Shown piece after piece: positions 55,501 to 64,000 of a DNA stretch of 64,000 bases. Each line of letters starts with the position of its first letter. The stretch's first letter is position 1. Source of the stretch: Camelus ferus (Eukaryota); contig NC_045700.1 in the NCBI RefSeq assembly GCF_009834535.1, forward strand, positions 70,928,001 to 70,992,000, read 5' to 3'. The notes below the pieces were generated by a model. That model had not been told where the DNA came from. It ran no database searches and worked only from the letters and a program-made list of their open reading frames with translations. Position numbers and translations under genes: made by a program.

Positions 55501-58500
55501 GGTCAACATGGGGTTGTTTTAGAGAGAATTGAATGCAATAGGTGATTTTATGCAAAAGTTTATCAACATGTTAAATCAATTGAAAAATATTTTTTATTAT
55601 AACTTACCACACAGAAAGTTTTTCCACTTTCTACAATTGGTCGGTATCCAGTACAGCGGCACAAATTACCTGAATAAGAAGAGGTCAATTTTTAAGGAAT
55701 GATACAGAAATATACTGCATATTTGTGCTTCTTGCTTTCAGTGGACTAGCTATAATAGTAATTAGATTCTTTTTTGTTTCCCAAACTAGCACAGTGGTTC
55801 TTTGGAACAGAGATATACTACAAAAATAGATCTTGTGATTACATTTTCTTCCTGAAATATCACAAAGATCTCTGAAGTGTTTCCCAGTCAACTCTTCCTG
55901 CCTTATTTCCAGCCCCTGCCCTAACCCCTGTAACTTGCCACTCCCCATAACATCTCCTACGTGGTCTTTCGTTAAGCTTTTCTCATGTAGCCTCTCTCAC
56001 CTCAAATGTCAGAATTGTGTCCATTTGTCAGGGGCCCAGACCCTCTTCTCCATAAGGTCTGCTCTGACCCCCAGCCAGAGCTGTACCACTCTTTGTCTGG
56101 ATCCTTCTGCAGGCCCATCACTGACTGTGTTGGAGTAGGGTCATTTACATACGTGCCGTATCTCCCTCATTGGACCTTAAGCTCATGGAGAAGGCAAGGA
56201 TTGTCTTAGATGTTCTTGACTCCTCCCAGTACAGCATAGTAGGTATTCAGTGAGTACCTGGTATTGTTTTAATTTGTCAACATTTCAAAATATGGTGGAA
56301 AAGGTGAAGAAACCACTGTCTTTTTAAAAAGTATATTCAAATTTTGAAGCCAGTATACACGATATTTATGAAAAGCTTTAATAACATGGGAAAATTCTTA
56401 TACAGTTAAAATTGTATGTATAATATAAAATTGTATTTACAGTAGTCACAAGTATTTAAAATAAGAAAACAAAAACTGCACAGAAAAGACTAAAAGAAAA
56501 TAGAAGTATCTGACTGTGATTGTCTGCTGGTGGCAGAAATATGAATGAGTTTTTCCTTGACTTTTAATTTTTTTCATTTTTCATAATAGGAATGCATTAT
56601 TTTATGCTTAAAATAAATCTAAAATGATTATGTTCAAATATAGTTTAACAATTTCAGAAGCAATGTATATGTGTGGAACTGAGCAGGTTTAAACAGCTTA
56701 AAGTAAAATGTTGTATGGAAACTTAGTGCCAGGGAGTCATGTGGAAAAATTGGTTAATAGATATACTGCTTTTTTTTTATTAGAATAAAAATTGTTTAGG
56801 AAGAACCTACACACACAAGAATGCATTAAGACTCCATATTTTATCTTTTCATTTGCTAAGAAGAAAGAATATAGAAGTGTGTGAATTAAAAATCTCTCTT
56901 TGGAGTAGAGAAAAGGAGCTAAAATATCTAGAACATAACTACATGCCGTGAAACCGAAGTATTTAAGAGGCAATGGACACCTTCTCTTTGATTAACTATA
57001 AGAAAACATTAAAGACTAGAGGGAGTGAATGTCAGAGTTTTTCGGTTTTGTTCTTGGCCACATAACAAGTGCTAAGTCTAGAAGCCCTAGTAACCGCCCA
57101 CCAAGGGAAACTAATAGCACCCACTGTAGAAATTCTTCTGATTCTAAGAGAAAAAAACATGGAAAATAAAAAAATTTTCTATCCTTAGTCTGAAAGGGAA
57201 AAACAAGATTAAATGAAGTGATGATTTATATCAGTTGATCATTTTAGAAGGCATGTGTCATACCTAATTTCATTCCTTTGCAATTTTATTTTATATTATT
57301 GTTTTCTTAAAACATGAGCATAAAGGTTATATGTGTGGCTAGCACTGATAATCCTAGAGAGAGATCATTGTGAACCAAAATATACTTTCCAAATTATCCA
57401 CACCTAGAATAAGGTTATCTATCTATTTTAGCCAAACTTTACAATGCCATCTCCTGGTGGTGGTTGTGTGAATTACAGGCACAGAATCTAGAAGGAAATA
57501 ATCCATCTCTATAAGACTGTGCATATTCAAAGAAACAAAAAGTAAGGCAAATCACAACATCTTTGCTTTTCAAAGCTCTAAATATCTCATTAATGTGGAT
57601 TACTTTATTAAACAAAAATTATCTATTGTTCAAATCCATTCAGGTTTAATTAAAACTATAATTGAAATCATAGGCCAAAGTTTGAGTAGTACTTAATGAG
57701 AAACTAGAAAATGTTGCGTATAGATGTTGCTGAGAGATAAGGGAAAATATTAGAGTATACTTATATTCCAGTTACCGTAAAATTTAAGTTGAATTTTTAC
57801 TTTGTTTTAGTCTGTATCTCTTCATCATAAAACTGAATTTCTGTGTGGGTCTGTTTATTGAAAAGAACAAAGAATTTCTTTTAATGTTTAGAGGTTTGCT
57901 TTCACAGCTTTCTTCTAAGAACTAGTAACCAATTACCTTGAACTAGGTATGTTTGTCACAGAAAACTACATTTGTTAACATGCTCTTTTTTTTTTGTAGT
58001 AAATTGTGTTTGTTCATTTAAATTTGATAGCTATTTTGTCATAGGGGATTGAACTGCTCACCAAGCTTATTTGTGACAACTAATTGCAGTCTAAGAGCTC
58101 CTTGATCTCATAATGAACTCAACCAGAACATAAAAATGTAAAGTATCTGAAATCCATACTCTATGTAAAATTAATTTTTAGTAAATAGTTTATGAATGAT
58201 TCTAACAGATTAATTTAAAAACAAACAACAGAATCTCATTCTTCTAGATTACCCAAATTTCCACATTTGGAAAATATTGTATTAAAAGTGTTAAGAGACA
58301 GCCTATTTGAATGCCTTCGCAGAGTGACAGCTGGGTCCATTAAGGGAGAAGGCTTGTAATGAAACCACTACTACCCCAATTCTTGGCATCAATGCTGACA
58401 AAATGCAGGTAGCACTTCCTGGAAAGGACTTGGGTCCAGGCAGGTGCTAAGGAGGCCTACACGTTGCCCAGGTGTCTGGAACCCCAGAGCTGTGCCACAG

Positions 58501-61500
58501 CTTCTCTCCGTGGGCCGGGGCCTCCTCCCTCATTGCTTGGGCACTTTCCACCCTCAGTCCCTGATGAAGGCCCAGAAGCCTCACCTCCAAGGGCTTCGGT
58601 TATCTGCGCGGGGGTCGGCTCCGGGTGGTTCCTCAGCAGCGTGTAGATGGACATCACCATCCCTGGGCTGCAGAAGCCGCACTGCGTGCCGTGACACTTG
58701 GCGAGTCTTTCCTGGGAAAAATTGGTATGTTGTTTATACTTTAAACCTCTTGTTTCCCTACCTTGCACACCAGAAAGGAGTGAAGCGTATGTATTTAGCT
58801 TTCCAGGGATAGCTGCAGGGCAAAAGATATCACTCTGGAAGAACAATATTTCTATTTCTTGAAATCATATGCTTTCTTCCCTCCTCTCAGGAAAAGCCTA
58901 TTGGCAAGTATTAATTAAGTTACTTTACTCTCTAGACTCTGGTTTCTTTATCTGTGAAATAGGAAGTGTAGTTTAAGGAACAAGAAAAATGCTTTGGGGC
59001 CATGCTCATGGGAGTTTTCGTCCTTACAGTAGCTCATTAATTGTGTGACCTTAGGTTATTTATTTGACTTTTCTTCCTCTTCAAAATTAGGATATTGTAG
59101 TAACTTATGGTTAAAAAGAATATGAAAACAAATATATGTATGTTCCTATATGACTGAAGTATTGTGCTGTACACCAGAAGTTGACACATCATTGTAAGCT
59201 GAGTATACATCAATAAATACATTAAAAAATAAAATAATGAAATAAATAAAATAAAATAAAACTAGGATAATAATGGCATCTATTGTACAAGATGGTCGTG
59301 AGAATAAGTATGAGTATATACGCATCATTTAACAGTTTCTGGGAAGTAAATTTCATCTCCTTCATCATCTATGTTATAGAATTTTTGATAGATTAAATGA
59401 CAAAATCTAGATAAATGATCTGAAAATTGTTAAGTGTGATACAGTAGTATTGTGTCGTTTATACATTTAATTTATGCAGTTCAACTTTTTGTATTTAAAT
59501 ACAATAACAAAACAATTAAAAAAGATAGTGAAAAACAGAATGACAAATGACAATGTACTTTGTCCACTCCATACAAAGACTCCATCCATGAAGATACAGA
59601 TGGAAACATGACTCTGTGGGTCCCCCTCTGTGTATTTGTCCCCCGTGTCTTTCACAGGATGCTCAAATCACTGGCTTGAGTATGACCCAAATGTTTTAAA
59701 ATAAACCTCAAACAGCATGACCTCTAAGAGGAAAGCCAAATACGTCATCTGTGGCTCAGCTGCAGGGACAGACGTTGTTCTAAGGCTAGAGGAAAATTTG
59801 GGAGGCTTGTGTTGGATTTATTGCCAGAAGACAAGTTGTCTCAGATGTGTCATATAGACCTGGCTGCAAATGTGCTGGTAACTGATTAACAACTGGATCT
59901 CTGGGAGGAGAGTCCTGATCTGCAGCTTCAACCAATTTCAGTAGTATAAAGACTTCCATCAAAGCTGATATCAAGCTTCCAATGTGATATCACTGAATGT
60001 GGGTCTGGAAGACAGGTGCAGGGTGATACCTTTCTATGGCATCTCCACAGTGTAGCTACAACAGACATAAATGGCCTCAAGAGCACAGGGAATAGTGAAA
60101 TGCAGTAAAATAATTGGGAGATGATAAATATTGCTATTTATTAGCATCGTTTTTAATATTGTTTACTTACTTTTAAGCTTGTATAGTTTAATTTTTAGTA
60201 ATGGCTGTGCTTAAAAGACTGGCTCACAAAAATCCCTGAAAACTTAACAATTGGCTCTCCTGACCAGTACGAGCCTGCTCCAGGGCACTACTGAACTATC
60301 AGGTACTATTAATATTTGAGAGAAAGAAATCTGATAAATAATAATAAATAAATCTGATAGAAGCGTTAGGTAGCTTCCATACTGTTAAGGTGATAAGCCA
60401 AGAGTGGGTAAGATCTTAATGTCAAAAAGTCAATAAGTGCCCATCAATGCAACACATTGTCAGAGGAAGATCTTTGCTTCCGTGTTCCAAACACAGTCTT
60501 CCAAGAGAAGGAATTGCAAGAGATTATGGCTATCCATAATTTTCTTTTGATGCCCTGCTTTTAAAACAAAACCTCTGAAGAAACTCTTATTCTAGTATAT
60601 AAAAATAACACTGCAACTGCAGTAAAAGTTCTCTAGTGAGGGAGGGTATAGCTCGAGTGGTTGAGCACATGCTTGGCATGCACAGGGTCCTGGGTTCATT
60701 CCCCAGTACCTCCTCTAAAAGTAAATAAACCTAATTACCTACCCCTCAACAAAATAAAATAATTAAATAATACAATAATAAATAAATAAGATATTTTAAA
60801 AAGTCCTCTAAACTTTAGTAAATGCTTTGTTATTTTAGTTGTGTTTTCTCATAGTGTGGTGTTCAGTTACTCATGAGCTATTTGGGGAGTGCTTGGGGAG
60901 TATTTCATACATAATGAACCTCTTATTCATAGTTCAGTAATTCTGAAATATGGTAGACAGCTAGTATCGATTATAAACTTCTAGTTTCCTATCTCGTTTT
61001 CTTCTCTTGACAGACTAAACTGTCTTTGTTTTAGTTTAGGGCAGCATGGGGCTGAGAAGTTAAGATATATTAAAATGAATGAAGGAATCTTGGTTTATAC
61101 ACCAATCTCTGAAAGGATCTCTAGCTCTGAAGCACTGAATCTCACAAAATGAGAATTTAAAGGCACAAAGGATTTCAAAGTTGGTGACCTAATTGGAGTA
61201 CATTAGACTACGCGGGGTGCCTGAAACCAACATCTGGTCCAAACCACACTGCCCTCCTACCTGCACGGGGTGAATCCTGGTTCTGATGCTTCCCACTCCT
61301 TCCACTGTGGTGACAGCAGCCCCATACAGCAAGCAGATAGGAACCAGGCATGCTGTAACTGGAAAATGGCTGTGATGGAATTTTGTAAAGAGAACACATT
61401 GGAATCGCAGGGAGTGGGTAACAGAATTCAGGGAGTAATTTCAGAGGAGAGAGACTCATGAGTTTGTATATCCCTGAGAATACAGAGAACACTAGATATA

Positions 61501-63454
61501 GAACTATAACTTTTTGGAAGTGTCCAAGGAAGGACTTACATAAGGCTGGAATAGAATGGTAGAGAGAAATTAAAAAAAAAAGAACAATGAGTTTTGTGCA
61601 GGACCTCCAAGAGACTCTCAGTCTCCATTTTCGCCCCCCTCATTCCAAGGAAAGGAAGCCTTCTACTCATCATAAAATGATATATTGAGTTATGTAGACC
61701 ATCCTGGAGTAATTTACCCCGGTAATCTTCAACTGTGCGAAGCTTTTAAAAATACAAATACTGGTTTAACTGGTTCCATGCTAACCCAGTTAAATCAGAA
61801 TCTCTGGGATAGGATCACTCCATCACTTTTAAACCTCCTCAGGTGATTCCAATGTATGGCCAAGCTTGGATAGCTTGGGCTTATGCCCTTGTCTTGACCA
61901 TCTCTCCCACACTCACGTCTGTATTAATGACACGGCCAACATGGTTAGCACCCGATTCTCATCTCACGGGTTGGGAATGGGATCCAGACTTTGTTAGTCC
62001 AATGTAGTCTCTTTATTCCCACCCAGGCTAAGTCCTATTCTCTTTCCAGGTATGGAAATTGTCCTCACCCAGGGACTTCTTCCTTTACTCTCTCACCCAG
62101 GATGGGAATATGAATGCTATTCTTCTGAAGAAAAGATAGAGTGCTTCTCTTGCTCCACCAGCCCTTTGAATAGTCAAATGCGTTTGGAAACCCCCCACCT
62201 GACTAGTGAGGGACCTTGGAAGAGCACTTAGCATACAGAGCAAGAGTGGACCCTAGGTCCATTGCACAACAGATACATTTTATTTCTTGTGTCCTCTAAT
62301 CCCTCCTTACTAAGTTTACTTCACCTTAATCTTTTCTCCCTCTCCCTCTTCTCTCAACTCTCCATGTTCACTGCTCTGCTCAGTCTCACCCTTATGCCTC
62401 ATGCAGGAAACAGAGGCACGAGCCCCTTCACTGCCCAGTCAGCAACTACTCACCTGGGGCTGCAGTCAGCCTCACCTGCATTCCACGTCCAGCCCCTTCG
62501 CTGCGTTCTGGATCCCATGTGTTCTTGGCTCCCTGTGGACTTGCTCCGTTATCAACTGCCCCCCTAACCTCTCCCTTTCTAGGGTCTCATTTCTCTAAAT
62601 TCCCTTGCATTTAGCAATTAATGTAAGTGTTTGCTGTGCTTAAAAAAGAAATCCCCAAACCGATGTCTTTCTCCAGCTACTGGATTATCTTTCTTCCCTT
62701 CTTAGTCAAGTTTTTCCAAGAGCCTTCCACAACTTCCTGGCCCTCCAGTCACTCCTGCCATCTGCACCTGCCATCACTACTGCAATGCAGTGTATCCAAA
62801 GCTACACTCACCACTTTCGCCTCTGCTCCTCCTCTTCCTAACTGAACAGCACCACCCAGTGACCTAAGACAAAGACTTGGGAATCATGCTAGACAACTCC
62901 TTCCCCACCACATTCAATTGTGAGCAAATTTACATTTTAGATCAAGGTGATGCTGGCTCAGTCGTGCAGTGTGACTTGAGGTCTCATTCAGCTCTTACAG
63001 GGGAATAACTCTTCCAGTGTATGTTGACCCAGATCTTCTACCAGGACAGTGCATCACTTCTTTGTGTTTAAGGCACTCTTGCCTGACCCTCCACTCTGAA
63101 ATCTGCTCAGAAGCAAAGGAAGTAGTTGCACAGCAATAGAGAGCATGGCCCTGAGAGACTGGCATGCAGGACACATATATTCTGATGGGAAGAAAGTCCA
63201 TGGGAAAGATCTGGAGCTTAGGAAATTGCAAGAGAGCAGGCCTGCAAGCGGTGGACACTCGGAGAGAGAAGGGGACATATATATGGACAGGAAAAGTGGG
63301 GGCTCCACATCCTTCCCAGAAGTGCCCAGAGCAGGGCCCCGTCAACACAAAGGATACTGGATCTTCTTGGTCTTGGGGTCGTACCTCGACACCATGACGG
63401 TGCAGGCGCCACAGCCTCCTCCCCCACAGCCGTACTTGGTGCCTGTGAGGCGGA
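12393..63454 (-). CDS. AOX4: Aldehyde oxidase 4 gene, exons 3-35 (exons 1-2 lie beyond the window end); about 1335 aa if the exon-22 insertion is removed and exons 1-2 are 54+58 nt
   Basis: 33 exons with AG/GT boundaries and consistent phases. They encode 2Fe-2S motifs (GCGGGGCGAC; CGFC...NLCRC), the FAD domain, Moco motifs ([17 protein letters not shown]) and the catalytic Glu (GLGEAG). Val at the XDH Glu802 position (GGKVTK) and Phe at the Arg880 position mark it as AOX, not XDH. Segments such as [19 protein letters not shown] and [17 protein letters not shown] match AOX4 as I recall it. Confidence 0.92.
13260..13427 (-). CDS. AOX4: AOX4 exon 34 (168 nt): [56 protein letters not shown]
   Basis: cgcag / gtaagg; catalytic Glu present. 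Confidence 0.95.
13507..13556 (+). repeat. (AC)25 microsatellite in AOX4 intron 33
   Basis: Direct observation. Confidence 0.97.
14903..15287 (+). mobile_element. MaLR solo LTR (MLT1A/B-like)
   Basis: aaattcatatgttgaagtcc...gacttccagcttccaggactgtgag...gactaatgca hallmarks. Confidence 0.85.
15306..15491 (-). CDS. AOX4: AOX4 exon 33 (186 nt): [36 protein letters not shown]...IYSSK
   Basis: tgcag / gtaaga. Confidence 0.96.
16364..16554. mobile_element. MER5A-like hAT relic
   Basis: gtggttctcaaac...gaggaccacattttgagaaatac termini. Confidence 0.65.
17310..17375 (-). CDS. AOX4: AOX4 exon 32 (66 nt): [22 protein letters not shown]
   Basis: tgcag / gtgcgt. Confidence 0.95.
17536..17650 (-). CDS. 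AOX4: AOX4 exon 31 (115 nt): [38 protein letters not shown]
   Basis: ctcag / gtgaac. Confidence 0.95.
18113..18165 (-). CDS. AOX4: AOX4 exon 30 (53 nt): [17 protein letters not shown]
   Basis: ttcag / gtaaaa. Confidence 0.93.
19087..19161 (-). CDS. AOX4: AOX4 exon 29 (75 nt): [25 protein letters not shown]
   Basis: tttag / gtgagt. Confidence 0.95.
22983..23111 (-). CDS. AOX4: AOX4 exon 28 (129 nt): [43 protein letters not shown]
   Basis: ggcag / gtgact. Confidence 0.95.
24235..24330 (-). CDS. AOX4: AOX4 exon 27 (96 nt): [32 protein letters not shown]
   Basis: cccag / gtgaga; ELGQGLHTK motif. Confidence 0.95.
26664..26891 (-). CDS. AOX4: AOX4 exon 26 (228 nt): [32 protein letters not shown]...MPTAYYNQ
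   Basis: ttcag / gtgggg. Confidence 0.95.
27315..27742 (+). mobile_element. Old MaLR LTR (MLT1-like)
   Basis: ggccatgtgacttgtctggccaatggg and ...ttgttacacagcaagagctgata termini. Confidence 0.65.
27871..28062 (-). CDS. AOX4: AOX4 exon 25 (192 nt): [42 protein letters not shown]...NLPPEQ
   Basis: ttcag / gtaggt; TAFRGFG motif. Confidence 0.96.
28247..28333 (-). CDS. AOX4: AOX4 exon 24 (87 nt): [29 protein letters not shown]
   Basis: tgcag / gtaaat. Confidence 0.95.
28674..28761 (-). CDS. AOX4: AOX4 exon 23 (88 nt): [29 protein letters not shown]
   Basis: tgtag / gtgagt. Confidence 0.95.
28723..30028 (-). pseudogene. AOX4: Apparent inactivating lesion in AOX4: 1-nt insertion at 30026-30028 leading to TGA at 28725-28723
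   Basis: The frameshift is read directly from the sequence; I cannot tell a true null allele from an assembly error. Confidence 0.55.
29987..30121 (-). CDS. AOX4: AOX4 exon 22 (135 nt observed, 134 needed for phase): [32 protein letters not shown] then +1 frameshift
   Basis: tgcag / gtaaga; removing one C from aagCCCtgct restores [15 protein letters not shown]. Confidence 0.93.
30190..31015 (-). mobile_element. L1MB-like 3' end
   Basis: gtgcaaccatcatc, gctattgtgaataatgctgct, ttccaaagtggctgt motifs. Confidence 0.8.
32085..32209 (-). CDS. AOX4: AOX4 exon 21 (125 nt): [41 protein letters not shown]
   Basis: tacag / gtaaca; GQEHFYMET motif. Confidence 0.95.
32360..32600 (+). mobile_element. 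MIR fragments
   Basis: cctcagtttccttatctgt and cctcatctgtaaaatgggggtaataata cores. Confidence 0.75.
32990..33210 (-). mobile_element. MIR
   Basis: gaggaaactgagacatggaaaggttaagtaagcttcccaaggccaca core. Confidence 0.8.
33420..33740 (+). mobile_element. MIR
   Basis: gcctcagtttcctcatctgtgaaatgg...atgcttagcatagtgtttggcacag. Confidence 0.8.
34127..34260. mobile_element. MER5A-like hAT relic
   Basis: tctctcaaccctggccacacatgagcatcacc...gattcattgg-type internal motifs. Confidence 0.55.
34280..36355 (+). mobile_element. Old L1 (ORF2 3' part plus 3' UTR)
   Basis: Decayed L1 ORF2 and 3' UTR motifs, A-rich, with an AAAAT expansion at about 35755-35845. Confidence 0.8.
36456..36552 (-). CDS. AOX4: AOX4 exon 20 (97 nt): [33 protein letters not shown]
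   Basis: tacag / gtaagt. Confidence 0.95.
38304..38426 (-). CDS. AOX4: AOX4 exon 19 (123 nt): [41 protein letters not shown]
   Basis: tgcag / gtacac. Confidence 0.95.
38883..38997 (-). CDS. AOX4: AOX4 exon 18 (115 nt): [38 protein letters not shown]
   Basis: cctag / gtgtgt. Confidence 0.94.
39322..39491 (-). CDS. AOX4: AOX4 exon 17 (170 nt): [56 protein letters not shown]
   Basis: aacag / gtaagg; start of Moco domain. Confidence 0.95.
40211..40303 (-). CDS. AOX4: AOX4 exon 16 (93 nt): [31 protein letters not shown]
   Basis: ttcag / gtcagt. Confidence 0.94.
42075..42237 (-). CDS. AOX4: AOX4 exon 15 (163 nt): [54 protein letters not shown]
   Basis: attag / gtaact. Confidence 0.95.
42783..42956. 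other. Assembly gap (174 N) next to a (TCTA)n tract
   Basis: Run of n. Confidence 1.
43125..43212 (-). pseudogene. 3'-truncated 5S rRNA retropseudogene (5S nt 1 to about 90)
   Basis: Minus strand reads gtctacagcatactactctgaatgcgccc...ggctaagcagggttgggcctagttagtacttggatgggaga; about 10 substitutions (many CpG-type) and 2 deletions versus mammalian 5S as I recall it. Confidence 0.93.
43213..43347 (-). mobile_element. tRNA-derived SINE (camelid vic-1-like), joined to the 5S fragment
   Basis: A box (tcagtggtagag), B box (ggatcaatccc), AT-rich stretch and cctcccc tail; similar to three other copies in the window. Confidence 0.88.
43825..44009 (-). CDS. AOX4: AOX4 exon 14 (185 nt): [26 protein letters not shown]...CQQLIGR
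   Basis: tccag / gtacgt. Confidence 0.95.
45445..45570 (-). mobile_element. tRNA-derived SINE (vic-1-like)
   Basis: Reverse complement of ggggtagggtatagctcagtggtc...ggttcaatccccagtacc with T-rich tail. Confidence 0.85.
46244..46353 (-). CDS. AOX4: AOX4 exon 13 (110 nt): [37 protein letters not shown]
   Basis: gacag / gtaggg. Confidence 0.94.
47424..47517 (-). CDS. AOX4: AOX4 exon 12 (94 nt): [31 protein letters not shown]
   Basis: tttag / gtaaga; SDLNP motif. Confidence 0.95.
48169..48447 (-). mobile_element. Lineage-specific L1 3' end
   Basis: tgaagcatagttgatttacaatgttagtttcaggtgtacag..., degenerate TSD cctact(tat)tattctt. Confidence 0.75.
49007..49158 (-). CDS. AOX4: AOX4 exon 11 (152 nt): [51 protein letters not shown]
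   Basis: ttcag / gtatgt. Confidence 0.95.
50280..50470 (+). mobile_element. MIR
   Basis: gtgaagttgggaagttacttaagccc...gttgtgagaatcaaa. Confidence 0.7.
50928..51020 (-). CDS. AOX4: AOX4 exon 10 (93 nt): [32 protein letters not shown]
   Basis: ttaag / gtatgc. Confidence 0.93.
51267..51411 (-). CDS. AOX4: AOX4 exon 9 (145 nt): [49 protein letters not shown]
   Basis: tgtag / gtaggt; start of FAD domain. Confidence 0.95.
52535..52615 (-). CDS. AOX4: AOX4 exon 8 (81 nt): [27 protein letters not shown]
   Basis: ttgag / gtaaga. Confidence 0.93.
53187..53270 (-). CDS. AOX4: AOX4 exon 7 (84 nt): [28 protein letters not shown]
   Basis: cctaag / gtaagt; linker with GKCCMD. Confidence 0.92.
54288..54370. 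mobile_element. MADE2-like mariner MITE
   Basis: taggttgagtcatatgaaattgc...catgcatacggtgcaacata; decayed terminal inverted repeats, about 80 bp. Confidence 0.7.
55608..55669 (-). CDS. AOX4: AOX4 exon 6 (62 nt): [21 protein letters not shown]
   Basis: ttcag / gtaagt; CRC motif. Confidence 0.95.
58585..58711 (-). CDS. AOX4: AOX4 exon 5 (127 nt): [42 protein letters not shown]
   Basis: cccag / gtgagg; CGFC motif. Confidence 0.95.
59095..59257 (+). mobile_element. Lineage-specific L1 3' end inserted in a MIR
   Basis: tgtacaccagaagttgacacatcattgtaagctgagtatacatcaataaa plus A-rich tail; TSD aaaa(t/c)taggata. Confidence 0.75.
60636..60798 (+). mobile_element. tRNA-derived SINE (vic-1-like), full length
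   Basis: gggagggtatagctcgagtgg...ggttcattcccc; TSD aaaagt(t/c)ctcta at 60624-60635 and 60799-60810. Confidence 0.88.
61261..61369 (-). CDS. AOX4: AOX4 exon 4 (109 nt): [36 protein letters not shown]
   Basis: cacag acceptor, gtagga donor, conserved translation. Confidence 0.95.
62250..62930 (+). mobile_element. L2 fragments
   Basis: Pyrimidine-rich decayed L2-like sequence. Confidence 0.45.
63349..63357 (-). promoter_or_regulatory. U12-type 5' splice site GTATCCTTT of AOX4 intron 3
   Basis: Exact match to the minor-spliceosome donor consensus. Confidence 0.92.
63358..63454 (-). CDS. AOX4: AOX4 exon 3 (97 nt): [31 protein letters not shown]
   Basis: ttccag acceptor; GTATCCTTT donor; 2Fe-2S ligand motif. 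Confidence 0.95.
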
Positions 63455-63468
63455 CTGGAAGGAAGGGA

Positions 63469-63477
63469 GTCAAGGAA
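63469..63477 (-). promoter_or_regulatory. U12-type branch site TTCCTTGAC of AOX4 intron 2
   Basis: Exact match to TTCCTTRAC; branch A 15 nt upstream of the last intron base. Confidence 0.85.
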
Positions 63478-64000
63478 AAGAGGGGCCCAGGCTGCTTTGC
63501 TTTCCATGGATACTGATAACAAGCAACTTGTTTTCTTGAGTCTCCTACCAGGGTTTCTTGCTTAGGGAGTTGTTCTACTTTTTGCATATAAATGAACTAA
63601 CTGATGAGAGGTGAGAATAAATCCCTACAGACCACACTGCCTTCTCTGAAAACCCCAGCTAGATGCATTTCTGAATGCAAAATTTTCTGGATTTTAGAAA
63701 GATAGTAAGCTAGCATTTCAGGTGGGGCTAGGCTGGCACGTGTAATCAAAGACTAAAATTTCTGCAGTGAGTCATATAGATACTCACACTGAGTGGGACG
63801 CATGCGACCACAGAGCCTTGTGCCAGTTAGATCAGAGCTTATATCCAAAGGAGTATGGAAAAGCCTGCTGAATCCAACGGGTCCTTGACTCGCATTATTG
63901 TTGTGGAGGTGATGTACGTGCCAACTTAGAGATCCGCCCCCACCCCCTGCCCTGGGAAGTTCCACTTTTCCTGGTTCAGCAACATGATGCCTTTACTTTC

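Noticed and set aside
60090-60295. Possible hAT-Tip100 relic (Arthur/ORSL-like end motif)
   Set aside because: Only one terminus looks familiar; not enough to support a call without a repeat search.
12393-63454. Identity as xanthine dehydrogenase or AOX1
   Set aside because: Val and Phe replace the XDH substrate residues Glu802 and Arg880; the paralogue-specific segments and the downstream MPCP-type gene fit AOX4.
62995-63587. Several overlapping 70-175 aa ORFs near the window end
   Set aside because: Only the 97-nt exon 3 is supported; the rest is GC-rich intron read-through or antisense shadow.
1-64000. CRISPR arrays, intact transposase or RT ORFs, tRNA genes, NUMTs, U6/U1/Y RNA copies
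   Set aside because: None seen; the tRNA-like boxes belong to SINEs and all L1 ORF2 pieces are disrupted.

Overview
Mammalian genomic DNA, most likely a camelid (inferred from four copies of a tRNA-derived SINE resembling camelid vic-1), covering part of the aldehyde oxidase (AOX) cluster on the minus strand. Exons 3-35 of an AOX4 orthologue (63454 down to the stop at 12393) were mapped by hand with AG/GT boundaries and consistent phases. About 9.5 kb downstream are exons 1-2 of the next paralogue, AOX2/AOX3L1 (2880-2827, 650-593). Both genes carry an apparent inactivating lesion: a 1-nt insertion in AOX4 exon 22 (premature TGA in exon 23) and a destroyed U12-type donor after AOX2 exon 2 (GGACCCTTTT instead of GTATCCTTT). 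AOX4 introns 2 and 3 look U12-type. Intron 14 holds a SINE plus 3'-truncated 5S rRNA composite bounded by one 15-bp target-site duplication. The rest is ordinary L1, L2, MIR, MaLR/ERVL LTR, DNA-transposon relics and microsatellites, plus one 174-nt N gap. Repeat family names and reference protein comparisons are from memory, not from a database search; repeat boundaries are approximate.
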